DNA of 64,000 bases from Candidatus Bathyarchaeia archaeon (GCA_038882655.1 JAVZNT010000001.1:64001-128000), one strand, 5' to 3'. Counted from the stretch's first letter, positions 30,179-39,692 are shown. The notes: generated by a model not told the origin, from the sequence alone. Numbers and translations: made by a program.

Positions 30179-32557
30179 ATGCGTGGTGCTGTCAAAGGAC
30201 AGTTTTCAATAATCGCTGCCGCCTTGCTAGCTATAATTCTTATATCCGCCGTTGCCATCACATACTCCATAATTAACTTTTCACTCCCTAAGGAGCAAAC
30301 AAACGTTTCATCATCGGTTTATGAAATTAACAATTCTTTGAAGCAGATGATGGAGTTCGCCGTAGGCTATTACTGCTCTGTATTGCAAGTGACTGGCAAC
30401 TCATCCTTTGCCAGAACCCTAGCACGAGATTACTTAAACAGCGGTTTCGAATTTATTGCAAACTCCCATCCGGAACTCAACCCCTCTATAAGAATTTCTG
30501 ATATGAACTTTTCAGTTCGCTGGTATGAAGCCTCCAGTTATAGTATGGGTTATCTTAAAGCATCCTATGACTTGTTAAGCCTACGCCTAAGCAGCATAAA
30601 CTATGACGTCTTCTGCGCCCTAAGAGTGGAGATAATCGGGATCATGGAAAATAAATACGTCAAGGTTAATGTAACACAAGACGAAAGTCGCCCCTATCTT
30701 GGTCTTGACAAAGCAAACTTCCACTTTTACTACTACAGCAATGCATCATCTAAATGGGTACAAGAACCCACTACAAACTGTTCCATTACTGAAAACAGCG
30801 TATACCGTCTGGGAATTCCAGACGGCATTAATGAAAATTGCTTCCTACTGGAAGTTTCAGACACTAGGGGAATAACTACCATCAGCTTTTATTCGACACG
30901 CAAAAAGCCCCAAATAACTTATGTTTTCGACTGGAACGCCACTGGAATGCAAAGCATCTACACCCAACTAAAAAACGACAAAATCGTTGTTGAAATTCTC
31001 CAAAATGGGACGCTACTATGGCTTGGACAGAAGCTTCTACACGGATATCCTATCCCACAATTACCAATCAAATGCTTAAGAGTAAGCGCAAACGCAGACC
31101 CTAACCATCTGGAAGCCAAACAGATACCGTTCCAAGTTGAAGATTGGGCATCCAACTACAAAGTCCCCCTCGGTAGGAGCAACAGCGAAACACTATTTTC
31201 AAGCAGAAACATGATAGTCTTCCTAGTAGACCACAGCATAAAAAATGTCACTATATGGTGGGATGGAAGAGACAACGCCCAACAAACACCATACTCAACA
31301 ATGAAAAGCTTCAATGATAAAATAGTAAGTGCTAGTGGCGGTGGAGCAGTAGCAGTCTTAAATAACGGTGTAACTCGAGTGAACATAACCTATAACAGTG
31401 GTAGTGGAATTTTCTACGTTAAAACTGCTACAAGCAGAGCTGACTTCATGCAAATAAACGGGCATTCTGCGAACTTCTATGCCTCACCATCATTTCCAAT
31501 AATTAATGGCACTATACGGGATATTATACAGCAAGAGGCTGAATGGTCAGGCTATAATAATTGGGGCTTTCCAAACACATACGCTCAAATAGTTCTAACT
31601 TTCCCAGCAAACGCAACGTACTACACATACGCCTTAAGACTGATTTTTGTAAATGCTTCAACATGCCCAGAAAACAGGGTGATAACCAACCTAACCCCAC
31701 TGACCATCTCAAGCGACTGGAAAACGAAGCTTAAGGTTTTAACTGAAAACGGAACAAGCAATGGAATTCCCTTAACAGTTGAAACGTATGTAGGCAGCTA
31801 TGCATTCTACAATTTCTCTGATGGAAAATGGCAACACCACTGGACGCAATATAACTATACAAGTAACACTGGAGCTGGAATAATGTTTAACGACTTCAAC
31901 AACAAAAACCTCTACCTCTTTGACAACTTTATAGGACAAAAAACTGGCGTCTTAAACGTGGCAACAACCCAGAGCCTACAATGGATTACTCCTAAAACAG
32001 TTTACAACAGATGCAGCGAATCCGGAAGCAACGTTGCTGCGAACTCCATAGATGGAAGCACCTCAACCTATTGGCGACACGACTCAACATGCTACCACTG
32101 GATAATCTACGACCTAGGCGAACCGATGAATATTTCAAGAGTAAGAATCTATCAAGGCCAATACGATTGGGGTAGCACAGCAGGCATAAACATTTACGTT
32201 AGCAACGACTCGCAAAATTGGGGTTCAGCAGTATGGACTGGACGAATTGACGGTGATAATCAATGGGTCGCTAGCGGACAGTTTCAAGCTCAAGGCAGAT
32301 ACATAAAACTTGAAAGCAGAAGCAACTCAGCTTCTCAAAGGTTAATTGAAGTTCAAGTAGAAGTACAGCAAAGAAGCACAACTATCGAGCTTTCTCCAAT
32401 AAGGCTTAGGCAAGTTTCATTTAGGTTTCCGCTTGACGTCACGTGGTTCGGCGCTGTTGTAACCATTGAAAGCAACACTGACTTCATTTACGGTGCGAAT
32501 GGTGTTGGCTTGTGGGTTGTTGTTGATCATCCTCCAAAAGTGGAGGCAATAGCCTAA
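30179..32557 (+). CDS. Large pilin-like protein with class III signal peptide and an F5/8 type C (discoidin/CBM32-like) domain
   Basis: VKG|QFSIIAAALLAIIL; AANSIDGSTSTYW...WIIYDLGEPMNISRVRIY...GRYIKL...EVQV. Confidence 0.75.
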   Translation: MRGAVKGQFSIIAAALLAIILISAVAITYSIINFSLPKEQTNVSSSVYEINNSLKQMMEFAVGYYCSVLQVTGNSSFARTLARDYLNSGFEFIANSHPELNPSIRISDMNFSVRWYEASSYSMGYLKASYDLLSLRLSSINYDVFCALRVEIIGIMENKYVKVNVTQDESRPYLGLDKANFHFYYYSNASSKWVQEPTTNCSITENSVYRLGIPDGINENCFLLEVSDTRGITTISFYSTRKKPQITYVFDWNATGMQSIYTQLKNDKIVVEILQNGTLLWLGQKLLHGYPIPQLPIKCLRVSANADPNHLEAKQIPFQVEDWASNYKVPLGRSNSETLFSSRNMIVFLVDHSIKNVTIWWDGRDNAQQTPYSTMKSFNDKIVSASGGGAVAVLNNGVTRVNITYNSGSGIFYVKTATSRADFMQINGHSANFYASPSFPIINGTIRDIIQQEAEWSGYNNWGFPNTYAQIVLTFPANATYYTYALRLIFVNASTCPENRVITNLTPLTISSDWKTKLKVLTENGTSNGIPLTVETYVGSYAFYNFSDGKWQHHWTQYNYTSNTGAGIMFNDFNNKNLYLFDNFIGQKTGVLNVATTQSLQWITPKTVYNRCSESGSNVAANSIDGSTSTYWRHDSTCYHWIIYDLGEPMNISRVRIYQGQYDWGSTAGINIYVSNDSQNWGSAVWTGRIDGDNQWVASGQFQAQGRYIKLESRSNSASQRLIEVQVEVQQRSTTIELSPIRLRQVSFRFPLDVTWFGAVVTIESNTDFIYGANGVGLWVVVDHPPKVEAIA

Positions 32558-32595
32558 TGCAAAACTTACTTAAAATCCACATTGAAAGTTCATAC

Positions 32596-32607
32596 AAGTT
32601 AAATAAG
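32596..32607 (+). promoter_or_regulatory. Putative BRE/TATA promoter for the major pilin
   Basis: AAGTTAAATAAG in the 91-nt AT-rich gap; SD AAGGTG before the ATG. Confidence 0.4.
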
Positions 32608-32648
32608 TATTCTTTAGATTTCATAAACCAGCAGAAGGTGCACAAACC

Positions 32649-33098
32649 ATGAAAACAAAAACCCTCCTTAAGTCTAGAAAAGGTATATCCCCAATCCTCG
32701 CAACCCTCTTACTAATAGTAATAGCCGTAGCGGCCATAGTCGTTACATACGCATGGATAATGGTATACATGCGCAGCGCAGGACAACAAGCTGGTATACA
32801 ACTAAACATAGAGGCTGTAAACTGGCCAACCAACAGCACCATTAAGCTTTATGTAAGAAACACAGGAACATCAGACGCAACAATAGATGCAGTTTATGTA
32901 GGTACATCTTCAGAAAATCTTGTAAAACAAAATGATGTAACTTTCAACCCGGCTAACAAGGTTGTTACAGCCAATGGAGGAACAATAGAGATAACGATTA
33001 ATTATCAGTGGACGCCCCAAACAACATACTATTTCAAGGTTGCTCCATCAACCGGGCCAGCAGCAGAAGGCAGCACCAAAGCACCAACATCATCCTAA
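32649..33098 (+). CDS. Major type IV pilin
   Basis: SRKG|ISPILATLLLIVIAVAAIVVTYAW; YVRNTG; 149 aa. Confidence 0.9.
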   Translation: MKTKTLLKSRKGISPILATLLLIVIAVAAIVVTYAWIMVYMRSAGQQAGIQLNIEAVNWPTNSTIKLYVRNTGTSDATIDAVYVGTSSENLVKQNDVTFNPANKVVTANGGTIEITINYQWTPQTTYYFKVAPSTGPAAEGSTKAPTSS

Positions 33099-33173
33099 AA
33101 ATCCTTTCAAAACGCTTAAACTCGGCTTTTGTAAAGTGTTTATAAGATACTTTTTCTAAACCCAAAAATAGCA

Positions 33174-34004
33174 GTGACTAAAATGCAAGCCATCTTCGAA
33201 GCCGCTAAAATAGGCTTAACAGCGTCTTTTCTATTCTATGCGTCTTGGAGTGACTATAAAACTCGTGAGGTGAGCAATAACATCTGGATTCTTTTTGCTC
33301 CACTAGCATTCGCATTAACTTTTGCCGAACTCTTCCTTTTTGATTTTTCTGCTTTGCCTTTTTTTGGTTTGTGCTTTGGCTTAACATCAACTTTCGCTAT
33401 AATCCTCTTTTACGCTGGAGGTTTCGGCGGTGCAGACGCTAAAGCTTTGATGTGTCTTGCCTTGGCTTTACCCTCCTACCCGTCAGAGCTTCTAAAACCC
33501 TTAATGCCCTTAATGGGCGAAGCCTCACCAATAATGAACATGTTTTTTCCAGTGACTGTTTTTAGCAACTCTGTTATTTTGGCAGCCCTAACAGCCATAT
33601 ATTTACTGTTCCATAACCTTTTATGGCATCTAAAAACTGGCAGCCCGCTTTTCGAAGGTGAACAGCGAGAAGCGTCAATAGGCAAAAAGCTTCTATTTCT
33701 GGCGACTGGCTACAAGGTTCATGTTAAAAAGTTGAAGGAGAAATGGCACATATACCCCCTGGAAGACGTGGAAGACGTCCAAGAAGGTGAAATAAAAAGG
33801 AAGCTTCTGATTCTGCCAAGAGACGAGGAGAGAGAAGCCATAGTCAAAAGGCTGGAAAAGGCTGTTGAATCTGGAAAAATTCACGAAAAAGTTTGGGCAA
33901 CGCCTGGACTGCCAATGCTCATTTTTATAACCGTCGGTTTGGTCTTGGCGCTGGTTTACGGAGACGTTGTCTGGGCTTTAGTCCGCCTTTTCATGGGTGG
34001 ATAA
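33174..34004 (+). CDS. Prepilin/prearchaellin peptidase (A24, FlaK/PibD family)
   Basis: ASWSDYKTREV, FGGADAK, C-terminal VWATPGLPML. Confidence 0.93.
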   Translation: MTKMQAIFEAAKIGLTASFLFYASWSDYKTREVSNNIWILFAPLAFALTFAELFLFDFSALPFFGLCFGLTSTFAIILFYAGGFGGADAKALMCLALALPSYPSELLKPLMPLMGEASPIMNMFFPVTVFSNSVILAALTAIYLLFHNLLWHLKTGSPLFEGEQREASIGKKLLFLATGYKVHVKKLKEKWHIYPLEDVEDVQEGEIKRKLLILPRDEEREAIVKRLEKAVESGKIHEKVWATPGLPMLIFITVGLVLALVYGDVVWALVRLFMGG

Positions 34005-34064
34005 TGCTCAAAAGAGTTAATTCCGTTTAATGAGCAATACTTTTGGTTTAGGAAGGCGTAAAAC

Positions 34065-35174
34065 TTGCTGGACAAGTGTTTAGACGAAGTTAGAGATTTT
34101 CTAAAAAGCCAGCAGATAGAAGCTGAAGTTGTTGTTATGCCAGACTTCTTCCTTGACAGGTTCGTAAGCTTGAACACAAGTCCAGACCGCCTATTCAAGA
34201 TAATTATTAATGTTGTGGAGAGAAAAGGCGGGAGCATAGACGGAATAAGCCAAAAAGAGTTTAGGGGCGGAAACGCCTTAAACACCGCCGCTGCTCTGGC
34301 AAGCCTTGGTGTGAAGGTCACGCCAATAGTTTGCACCGACAAGTTTGGGCTTCAACTAATCAAATTCTATATGAAATCGCCAAGAATCAATTTAACACAC
34401 ATAAAAGTTGTGGAAAAGCCATCGATAACAACATCCTTAGAATTCAAAACAGACGACGGAAAAGTAAACGTCATGCTTAGGGATGTTGGTTCCCTTGCAG
34501 ATTTTGGACCACGAAACCTTGACGTTAATGACTTTGAAGCCGTAGAAAGGGCTGATTGCACATGTGTTTTCAACTGGGCTGGAACAAGAAAATATGGCAC
34601 GGAGTTGGCTGAAACCATTTTCCACCATATCAAAAAACGCGGGAAGGGCAAAACCTATTTTGACACCGCTGATCCAACCCCAAACAGGAAAGAAGCTAAA
34701 AAACTTCTGGAAAGAGTTCTTTTAAGCGGCTTAGTGGACATTTTAAGCCTAAACGAGAATGAAGCAGTCTTCTTCGCCTTGCTTCTGAAAGGTAAAGCTG
34801 AAGAACCCGATAAAGGCTTGAGTTTTGAAGAGTTAGCGAAGGAGTCCGCAGAGTTTTTGGCTTCCCATTTAAAGGCAAGAGTAGACCTCCACACAACAGA
34901 GTATTCTGCAACCTTTAATGGAGGAGTCGAGACGCTTGTTCCAGCCTTTCATGTCCCGGTTCTAAGGGCAACTGGTGCCGGTGACGCTTGGAACGCTGGC
35001 AACATACTTGGAACAATTTACGGATTGGGCAATGCTGTTAGGCTCACGTTGGCTAATGCTGTTGCAGCCTACTACATATCAAACCCTGAAGGCAAGCACC
35101 CCACCCGAAAAGAGCTTTTCAAGTTCTGCGATAGGCTTAAGGGCTGGTGGAAAACCAAAACAGATAAAAATTAG
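34065..35174 (+). CDS. PfkB/ribokinase family carbohydrate kinase
   Basis: GGNALNTA, NENEA, ATGAGDAWNAG. Confidence 0.88.
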   Translation: MLDKCLDEVRDFLKSQQIEAEVVVMPDFFLDRFVSLNTSPDRLFKIIINVVERKGGSIDGISQKEFRGGNALNTAAALASLGVKVTPIVCTDKFGLQLIKFYMKSPRINLTHIKVVEKPSITTSLEFKTDDGKVNVMLRDVGSLADFGPRNLDVNDFEAVERADCTCVFNWAGTRKYGTELAETIFHHIKKRGKGKTYFDTADPTPNRKEAKKLLERVLLSGLVDILSLNENEAVFFALLLKGKAEEPDKGLSFEELAKESAEFLASHLKARVDLHTTEYSATFNGGVETLVPAFHVPVLRATGAGDAWNAGNILGTIYGLGNAVRLTLANAVAAYYISNPEGKHPTRKELFKFCDRLKGWWKTKTDKN

Positions 35175-35209
35175 ATTGAGGCAAAGAGCATCAGCTTGGA
35201 GACCATAAA

Positions 35210-35404
35210 ATGCCGACGGAAATCCTCGACATAGACAAGTTCGTTGAAATAAGCGAAATAGCCGAATACTGCGCTGTTAAACGCCTAAAAGACGTTGTAA
35301 AACTGAAGCTTCGCACGCCGAGAATACTTTACACACTCAAGGTTGAACCTTTAAAGGCTGAAGAAGTTATAAAGAAACTCAAATGCGAAATCCGCGAAAT
35401 ATAG
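35210..35404 (+). CDS. rpl38e: 50S ribosomal protein L38e (eL38)
   Basis: MPTEILDIDKF...VKLKLRTPRILYTLKV...AEEVIKKL. Confidence 0.85.
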   Translation: MPTEILDIDKFVEISEIAEYCAVKRLKDVVKLKLRTPRILYTLKVEPLKAEEVIKKLKCEIREI

Positions 35405-35408
35405 CCAA

Positions 35409-36335
35409 TTATTCTACTTCCATAACAATTTTCGCGAGGCGAACCGAGTCTTCAAGGCTTTTCATTATAGTGTTTGTCACTGTAACTTTTATTCCAAGCC
35501 TTTCTATGCGGTTTTTCTGCTCTTTATCAATTTCATCGATTATGAAGTGTTTTAGGAGTTTTCCATAAAATTTTGCCACTCCGTAGGCTGAGGGCTCGAA
35601 GCCCATGCTAGCCATAATCATGTCGGCTGGTCCTTTAAGGGCTTTTCCACCTATTATTGGGCTTATGCCTACTATTTGTGCTTCCGATTTTCCCAGCGCC
35701 TTTTTTATGGCTTTTATGGCGAGGATTGGAGCTATGCTTAGGATAGGGTTGCTGGGGCAGATTATTATGCGTTCAGCCCCTTCTATTGCTTGGACAACGC
35801 CCGGTGCTGGCTTAGCCCTTTCGACTCCCTCAAAAATTACGCTTGTGACTGTTTCCGTTGCTCCTCTCTTGACGAAGTATTCTTGGAATTCTAGGAGCAT
35901 GTTGCCAGATTGAATTTTTGTTCGCACTCGATTGTCGCTCATTGGTATAAGACGGGTTTCAACTCCAAACATTTTGCACAGCCCTTCTATGACTTGTGAT
36001 AGCGGCATGCCTTCCCGTAACATTTTGGTTCTTATTATATGAGTTGCTAAGTCTTTGTCTCCTAGGCGGAACCATGTTTCAAACCCTAAGTGTCCCAGCA
36101 TTTCAAGGCAGTTGAAGGTGTCGCCTGCTATTCCCCAGCCTTTTTCTTCGTCCACTATTCCAGCAAGCGTATACATTATTATATCTAAATCTGGGCTTAT
36201 ATGGAGTCCGTAAAGCTCTACGTCGTCGCCCACATTACCAATTATAAAGAGGTCTTTCGGCGACACGATTTTTACAAGTCCTCTTAGAAGTTTTGCTGCA
36301 CCAACGCCGCCAGCAAGCGCCACAACCTTGCCCAT
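35409..36335 (-). CDS. cofD: 2-phospho-L-lactate/PEP transferase CofD (FbiA)
   Basis: Likely start MGKVVALAGGVGAAK at 36335 (the ORF track extends it upstream); NVGDD, SPDLD, WFRLGDKD, FQEYFV, PSNP, KGPAD. Confidence 0.95.
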   Translation of the reverse strand: MGKVVALAGGVGAAKLLRGLVKIVSPKDLFIIGNVGDDVELYGLHISPDLDIIMYTLAGIVDEEKGWGIAGDTFNCLEMLGHLGFETWFRLGDKDLATHIIRTKMLREGMPLSQVIEGLCKMFGVETRLIPMSDNRVRTKIQSGNMLLEFQEYFVKRGATETVTSVIFEGVERAKPAPGVVQAIEGAERIIICPSNPILSIAPILAIKAIKKALGKSEAQIVGISPIIGGKALKGPADMIMASMGFEPSAYGVAKFYGKLLKHFIIDEIDKEQKNRIERLGIKVTVTNTIMKSLEDSVRLAKIVMEVE

Positions 36336-36393
36336 AAAACCACACCTATAAATTGGCTTTTCAATATTAAAAGTTCTTGTTAGGTGCTCAAAA

Positions 36394-37011
36394 TTGGATG
36401 TGATTGAGCTTATTAAGACTAGGCGGAGCATCCGCAAGTTTAAGCCAGCGAAAGTTCCCAGCGAAGTTATAAGCGCCATTTTGGATTTGGCTAAGTGGGC
36501 TCCTTCTGCGCATAATGCCCAGCCTTGGCGCATACTTGTGATAGACGATGACACGGTGAAGGTGAAGCTTGCCACGGCAATGGGAAGAGCTTGGCTTCAA
36601 GACATGCTTAAGGATGGCGTTCCTAAGGAGAAAGCTAAGGAGATTGTTAGGGTTGAAGGTTGGCAGCGGATAACAGAAAGCCCAGTTGTCCTCATAGTTT
36701 GTCTGTCAATGGGTGATATGCATAAATATCCAGATGGGAGGAGGCGGAGGGCAGAATATACGATGGGTGTTCAAAGCGTTGCCGCCTACGTTCAGAATTT
36801 GCTTCTTTTGGCTCATTATTATGAGCTTGGGGCATGCTGGGTTTGTGCGCCTCTATTCTGTCAAAGCGCCGTGAGGAAAGCACTGGGTTTGCCCCGTGAA
36901 ATTGAGCCCCAAGCAATGATCATAATGGGATATCCAGACGAAAAGCCAGAACCCCCGCCGAGAAAGCCTCTAGAGGCTTTTCTGCATTTAATACTTGGGG
37001 TTCAGCGTTAG
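36394..37011 (+). CDS. Nitroreductase-family protein resembling the FbiB C-terminal domain (candidate dehydro-F420 reductase)
   Basis: RRSIRKF, WAPSAHNAQPWR, YPDGRRRRAEYTM, QNLLL...GACW..APLF; divergent from cofD. Confidence 0.75.
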   Translation: MDVIELIKTRRSIRKFKPAKVPSEVISAILDLAKWAPSAHNAQPWRILVIDDDTVKVKLATAMGRAWLQDMLKDGVPKEKAKEIVRVEGWQRITESPVVLIVCLSMGDMHKYPDGRRRRAEYTMGVQSVAAYVQNLLLLAHYYELGACWVCAPLFCQSAVRKALGLPREIEPQAMIIMGYPDEKPEPPPRKPLEAFLHLILGVQR

Positions 37012-37059
37012 GAATAATATGTGGGACAAAAGAGTGAGTGTTTGGCAGTTTGGCGGATT

Positions 37060-37785
37060 CTATTTTCTAAACTTTTGAAGTCTTGTTAAGAGTTCTTTGT
37101 CGCCTTCATAGTCTCCAGCGCACGTTGCTATTAAGCCGTCCACCAAGCCCTCAAGTTTTGATGCTATTTCCTCAACTTTTTCCATTGTTGTTGTCACTGG
37201 CCACCCGATTAGTTTGACCATTTCCGCGTTTTTTGGTGTTCCAACAAGGAAGTATGTATAGATTGGTTTGTTTAGGCGTTTGCACTCTTTTGCCACTTGT
37301 TCCAGTGCTGGGAAGGTTTTGTCTTCAAGCCTCATGAAGAAGACGAAATCCCATGGCTCTTTTGCTCTAGCTATGGTTTCCTCGATGGTTCGGCGCGCGG
37401 TTAGCAAGCATCCTAATTTAACGTTTTTTAGGCGTATTGTTGTGCGTAGGAAGTCTCTGGCTTCCTCTGAAGATTTAAACATTTTTATTGGTTCTCCATA
37501 TTTTGGTATGTCTCCCATTGTGATTACGAGTCCGTCTAAGCCAACAGCATCTGCGGCTAAAGCCAAGCCTCCAACTTCGACTGGTCCTTTGTAGTGGAGT
37601 ATGAATATTGGTATGACAATTTTCCCCGGGTATTTGGTTTTGAGGACGCAGCCCACTGCTGTTCCACTGGGCGCTGGCATTCCGGCGGCACTATCGGTTA
37701 TGTTCCATCCATCAACAAGGTCTTTAACTTCCTCTGCAAGTTTCAAAAATTTACGTGTTGGGACAAACTCATGCAATATTTTCAT
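37060..37785 (-). CDS. Divergent MetF/MTHFR-like TIM-barrel flavoprotein
   Basis: HEFVP, VDGWNITDSAAG and GLDGLVITMGDIP align by eye with MetF motifs (E..P, D.V.ITD, L.LTGD.P). Confidence 0.5.
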   Translation of the reverse strand: MKILHEFVPTRKFLKLAEEVKDLVDGWNITDSAAGMPAPSGTAVGCVLKTKYPGKIVIPIFILHYKGPVEVGGLALAADAVGLDGLVITMGDIPKYGEPIKMFKSSEEARDFLRTTIRLKNVKLGCLLTARRTIEETIARAKEPWDFVFFMRLEDKTFPALEQVAKECKRLNKPIYTYFLVGTPKNAEMVKLIGWPVTTTMEKVEEIASKLEGLVDGLIATCAGDYEGDKELLTRLQKFRK

Positions 37786-37935
37786 TGAAGCTCATCTCGC
37801 CTTTTAGAGAGAACAACTTTAGCATTAAAAATTTTTGCATTCAAACCACTGAAACCATTGTTAAAACGCCATTTTGTGCTAAAAAGGGTGGAAATTATAA
37901 AGAACACTAGCATAAAGACATGTGTTGGGTGTTTC

Positions 37936-38694
37936 ATGAACATAATCCAAATAATTGGTGTTGAGGGCTTGCCAATTATAAAAGCTGGAGACAACCTTGC
38001 AAAGCTTATATGCAGAGCTGCTGAACGTCAAGGGACACCAATACAAGATGGTGACATAATAGTTGTTACACATGTTGTTGTTTCAAGGGCTGAGGGTCGC
38101 GTTATAAACTTAGATGAGGTTACGCCCTCGCTTTTTGCGAAAACCGTTGCTGAACTTTATGATAAGGACCCCGCCTTGGTTGAGGTTGTCCTCAGAGAGG
38201 CGAAGAGCATTAGGCGCATGACCGATGGCAAAATAATAACCGAGACAAGACACGGTTTTGTCTGTGCCAACTCAGGAGTTGACAAGTCCAACGTGCCAGG
38301 AGAACGCTATGTTGCTTTGCTTCCAGAAGACCCTGACGCCTCCGCCGCTAGGATTAGACGGGAGATAAAGCGTTTAACTGGCTGTGATGTGGCTGTCATA
38401 ATTTCTGATACGCATGGCAGACCCTTAAGAGAAGGTGAAATAAATGTTGCTGTTGGCGTTTCAGGCTTAAAGCCTATAAGAGATCGTAGGGGCGAAAAGG
38501 ACTTGTTTGGTTATGTTTTGCGAGTCAAGCAGACAGCCGTTGCCGACGAGCTTTCTTCAGCAGCTGAGCTCGTTATTGGGCAAGCCGATGAGGGTGTTCC
38601 AGCGGCTATAATCCGCGGCTATAGATATATAAAGTCCGAGGATGCTAGGGCTACGGAGCTTATAAGACCACGGGAGAAAGATCTGTTCCTTTAA
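37936..38694 (+). CDS. cofE: Coenzyme F420-0:L-glutamate ligase (paralog 2)
   Basis: Likely start MNIIQIIGVEGLP at 37936; VSRAEGR, CANSGVDKSN, LLPEDPDASA, DTHGRPLREG, ADELSSAAELVIGQ. Confidence 0.93.
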   Translation: MNIIQIIGVEGLPIIKAGDNLAKLICRAAERQGTPIQDGDIIVVTHVVVSRAEGRVINLDEVTPSLFAKTVAELYDKDPALVEVVLREAKSIRRMTDGKIITETRHGFVCANSGVDKSNVPGERYVALLPEDPDASAARIRREIKRLTGCDVAVIISDTHGRPLREGEINVAVGVSGLKPIRDRRGEKDLFGYVLRVKQTAVADELSSAAELVIGQADEGVPAAIIRGYRYIKSEDARATELIRPREKDLFL

Positions 38695-38715
38695 ACGGCG
38701 GGGGTGCTGTGTCGT

Positions 38716-39692
38716 TTGTCTGGCAAAGGTGTCTCGCTTAGGGAGCTGAAAGCATCGAAGTAACATGTTTGATGGATAACTGTGTGGACTTTACGTCTTC
38801 CATTAATCTGCTGGAGGTTCAAAGCGTTCGAAGTTGGGTTGTAAAACGTATAAGCAAGGAATGGGCTTAGGAGAATTTTCACCTACCAATAGCTGAGCAT
38901 GGTTTGTCGATGCTTGTTACAGTGTTTTGTGATGGGAAGTCGCACAGTGTACTCTTCGATGCTGGTGTAAGTCCCCAGGGGGCGGTTTCGAACGCACGGG
39001 GTATGGGCATAGACTTTGGGCAAATAGAGGCTATTGTCTTGTCTCATGGGCATTACGACCATTTCGGCGGACTGCAAAGCTTTGTCAGAGCCATTGGTAG
39101 GGCGGGCTTGCCAATAAGAGTGCATGAGGATATGTTTAAGACGCGAGGTGTAGCCGCTTCAGATGGTTCTGTCAAGCGATATCCAGAATTCCCAAAAGAA
39201 GCGCAAATCAGCCCAGCAAAATTCTTGAAAACAAAGGAGCCTTCCTTATTGGCAGATGGTGCGGTGCTTGTGACTGGCGAAATACCAAGAAAAACGGATT
39301 TTGAGAAGGGCTATACACCGCAACGAGCATTTGTTGATGGCGAGTGGCAGCCAGACTCTTGGGTTTGGGATGACCGTGCATTAGCCGTCCATGTAAAGAA
39401 CAAGGGGCTTGTCATATTGTCTGGATGCGCCCATGCTGGAATAGTTAACACAGTGCTTCATGTCCGGCAGATAACCAGAATCGAGAGAGTCTACGCCATA
39501 ATTAATGGTTTCCACTTGTCCGGGAAAGAGTGTGAAGAGCGTATAGCCAGAACTATGGAGGCGCTTAAACAGTTAAAGCCAGAATTAGTTGCGCCCATGC
39601 ATTGCACCGGTTGGAGGGATGCCTTTGCAATGGCAAAAGCCATGCCGGAAGCCTTCGTCTGGAACAGTGTTGGAAACCTCTACACCTTTTAA
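38716..39692 (+). pseudogene. MBL-fold hydrolase (COG1237-type), disrupted
   Basis: TTG at 38716 after a GGGGTG SD. A frameshift near 38743-38745 and an in-frame TAG at 38868-38870 precede AEHGLS. Downstream: SHGHYDHFGG, DDRAL, SGCAHAG, NGFHL (usually GGFHL), HCTG. Confidence 0.8.

Noticed and set aside
22916-34004. Archaellum operon
   Set aside because: No ArlH, ArlF/G or archaellin-type filament gene is seen; the layout fits an adhesive pilus.
36336-36575. 80-aa N-terminal extension of CofD in the ORF track
   Set aside because: Overlaps the divergent nitroreductase; the family N-terminus starts at 36335.
38868-38870. Pyrrolysine or amber read-through at the in-frame TAG
   Set aside because: The same gene also has a frameshift and a motif substitution. 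TAG is a normal stop for rpl15e, rpl38e and others here, and no pyl genes are in the window.
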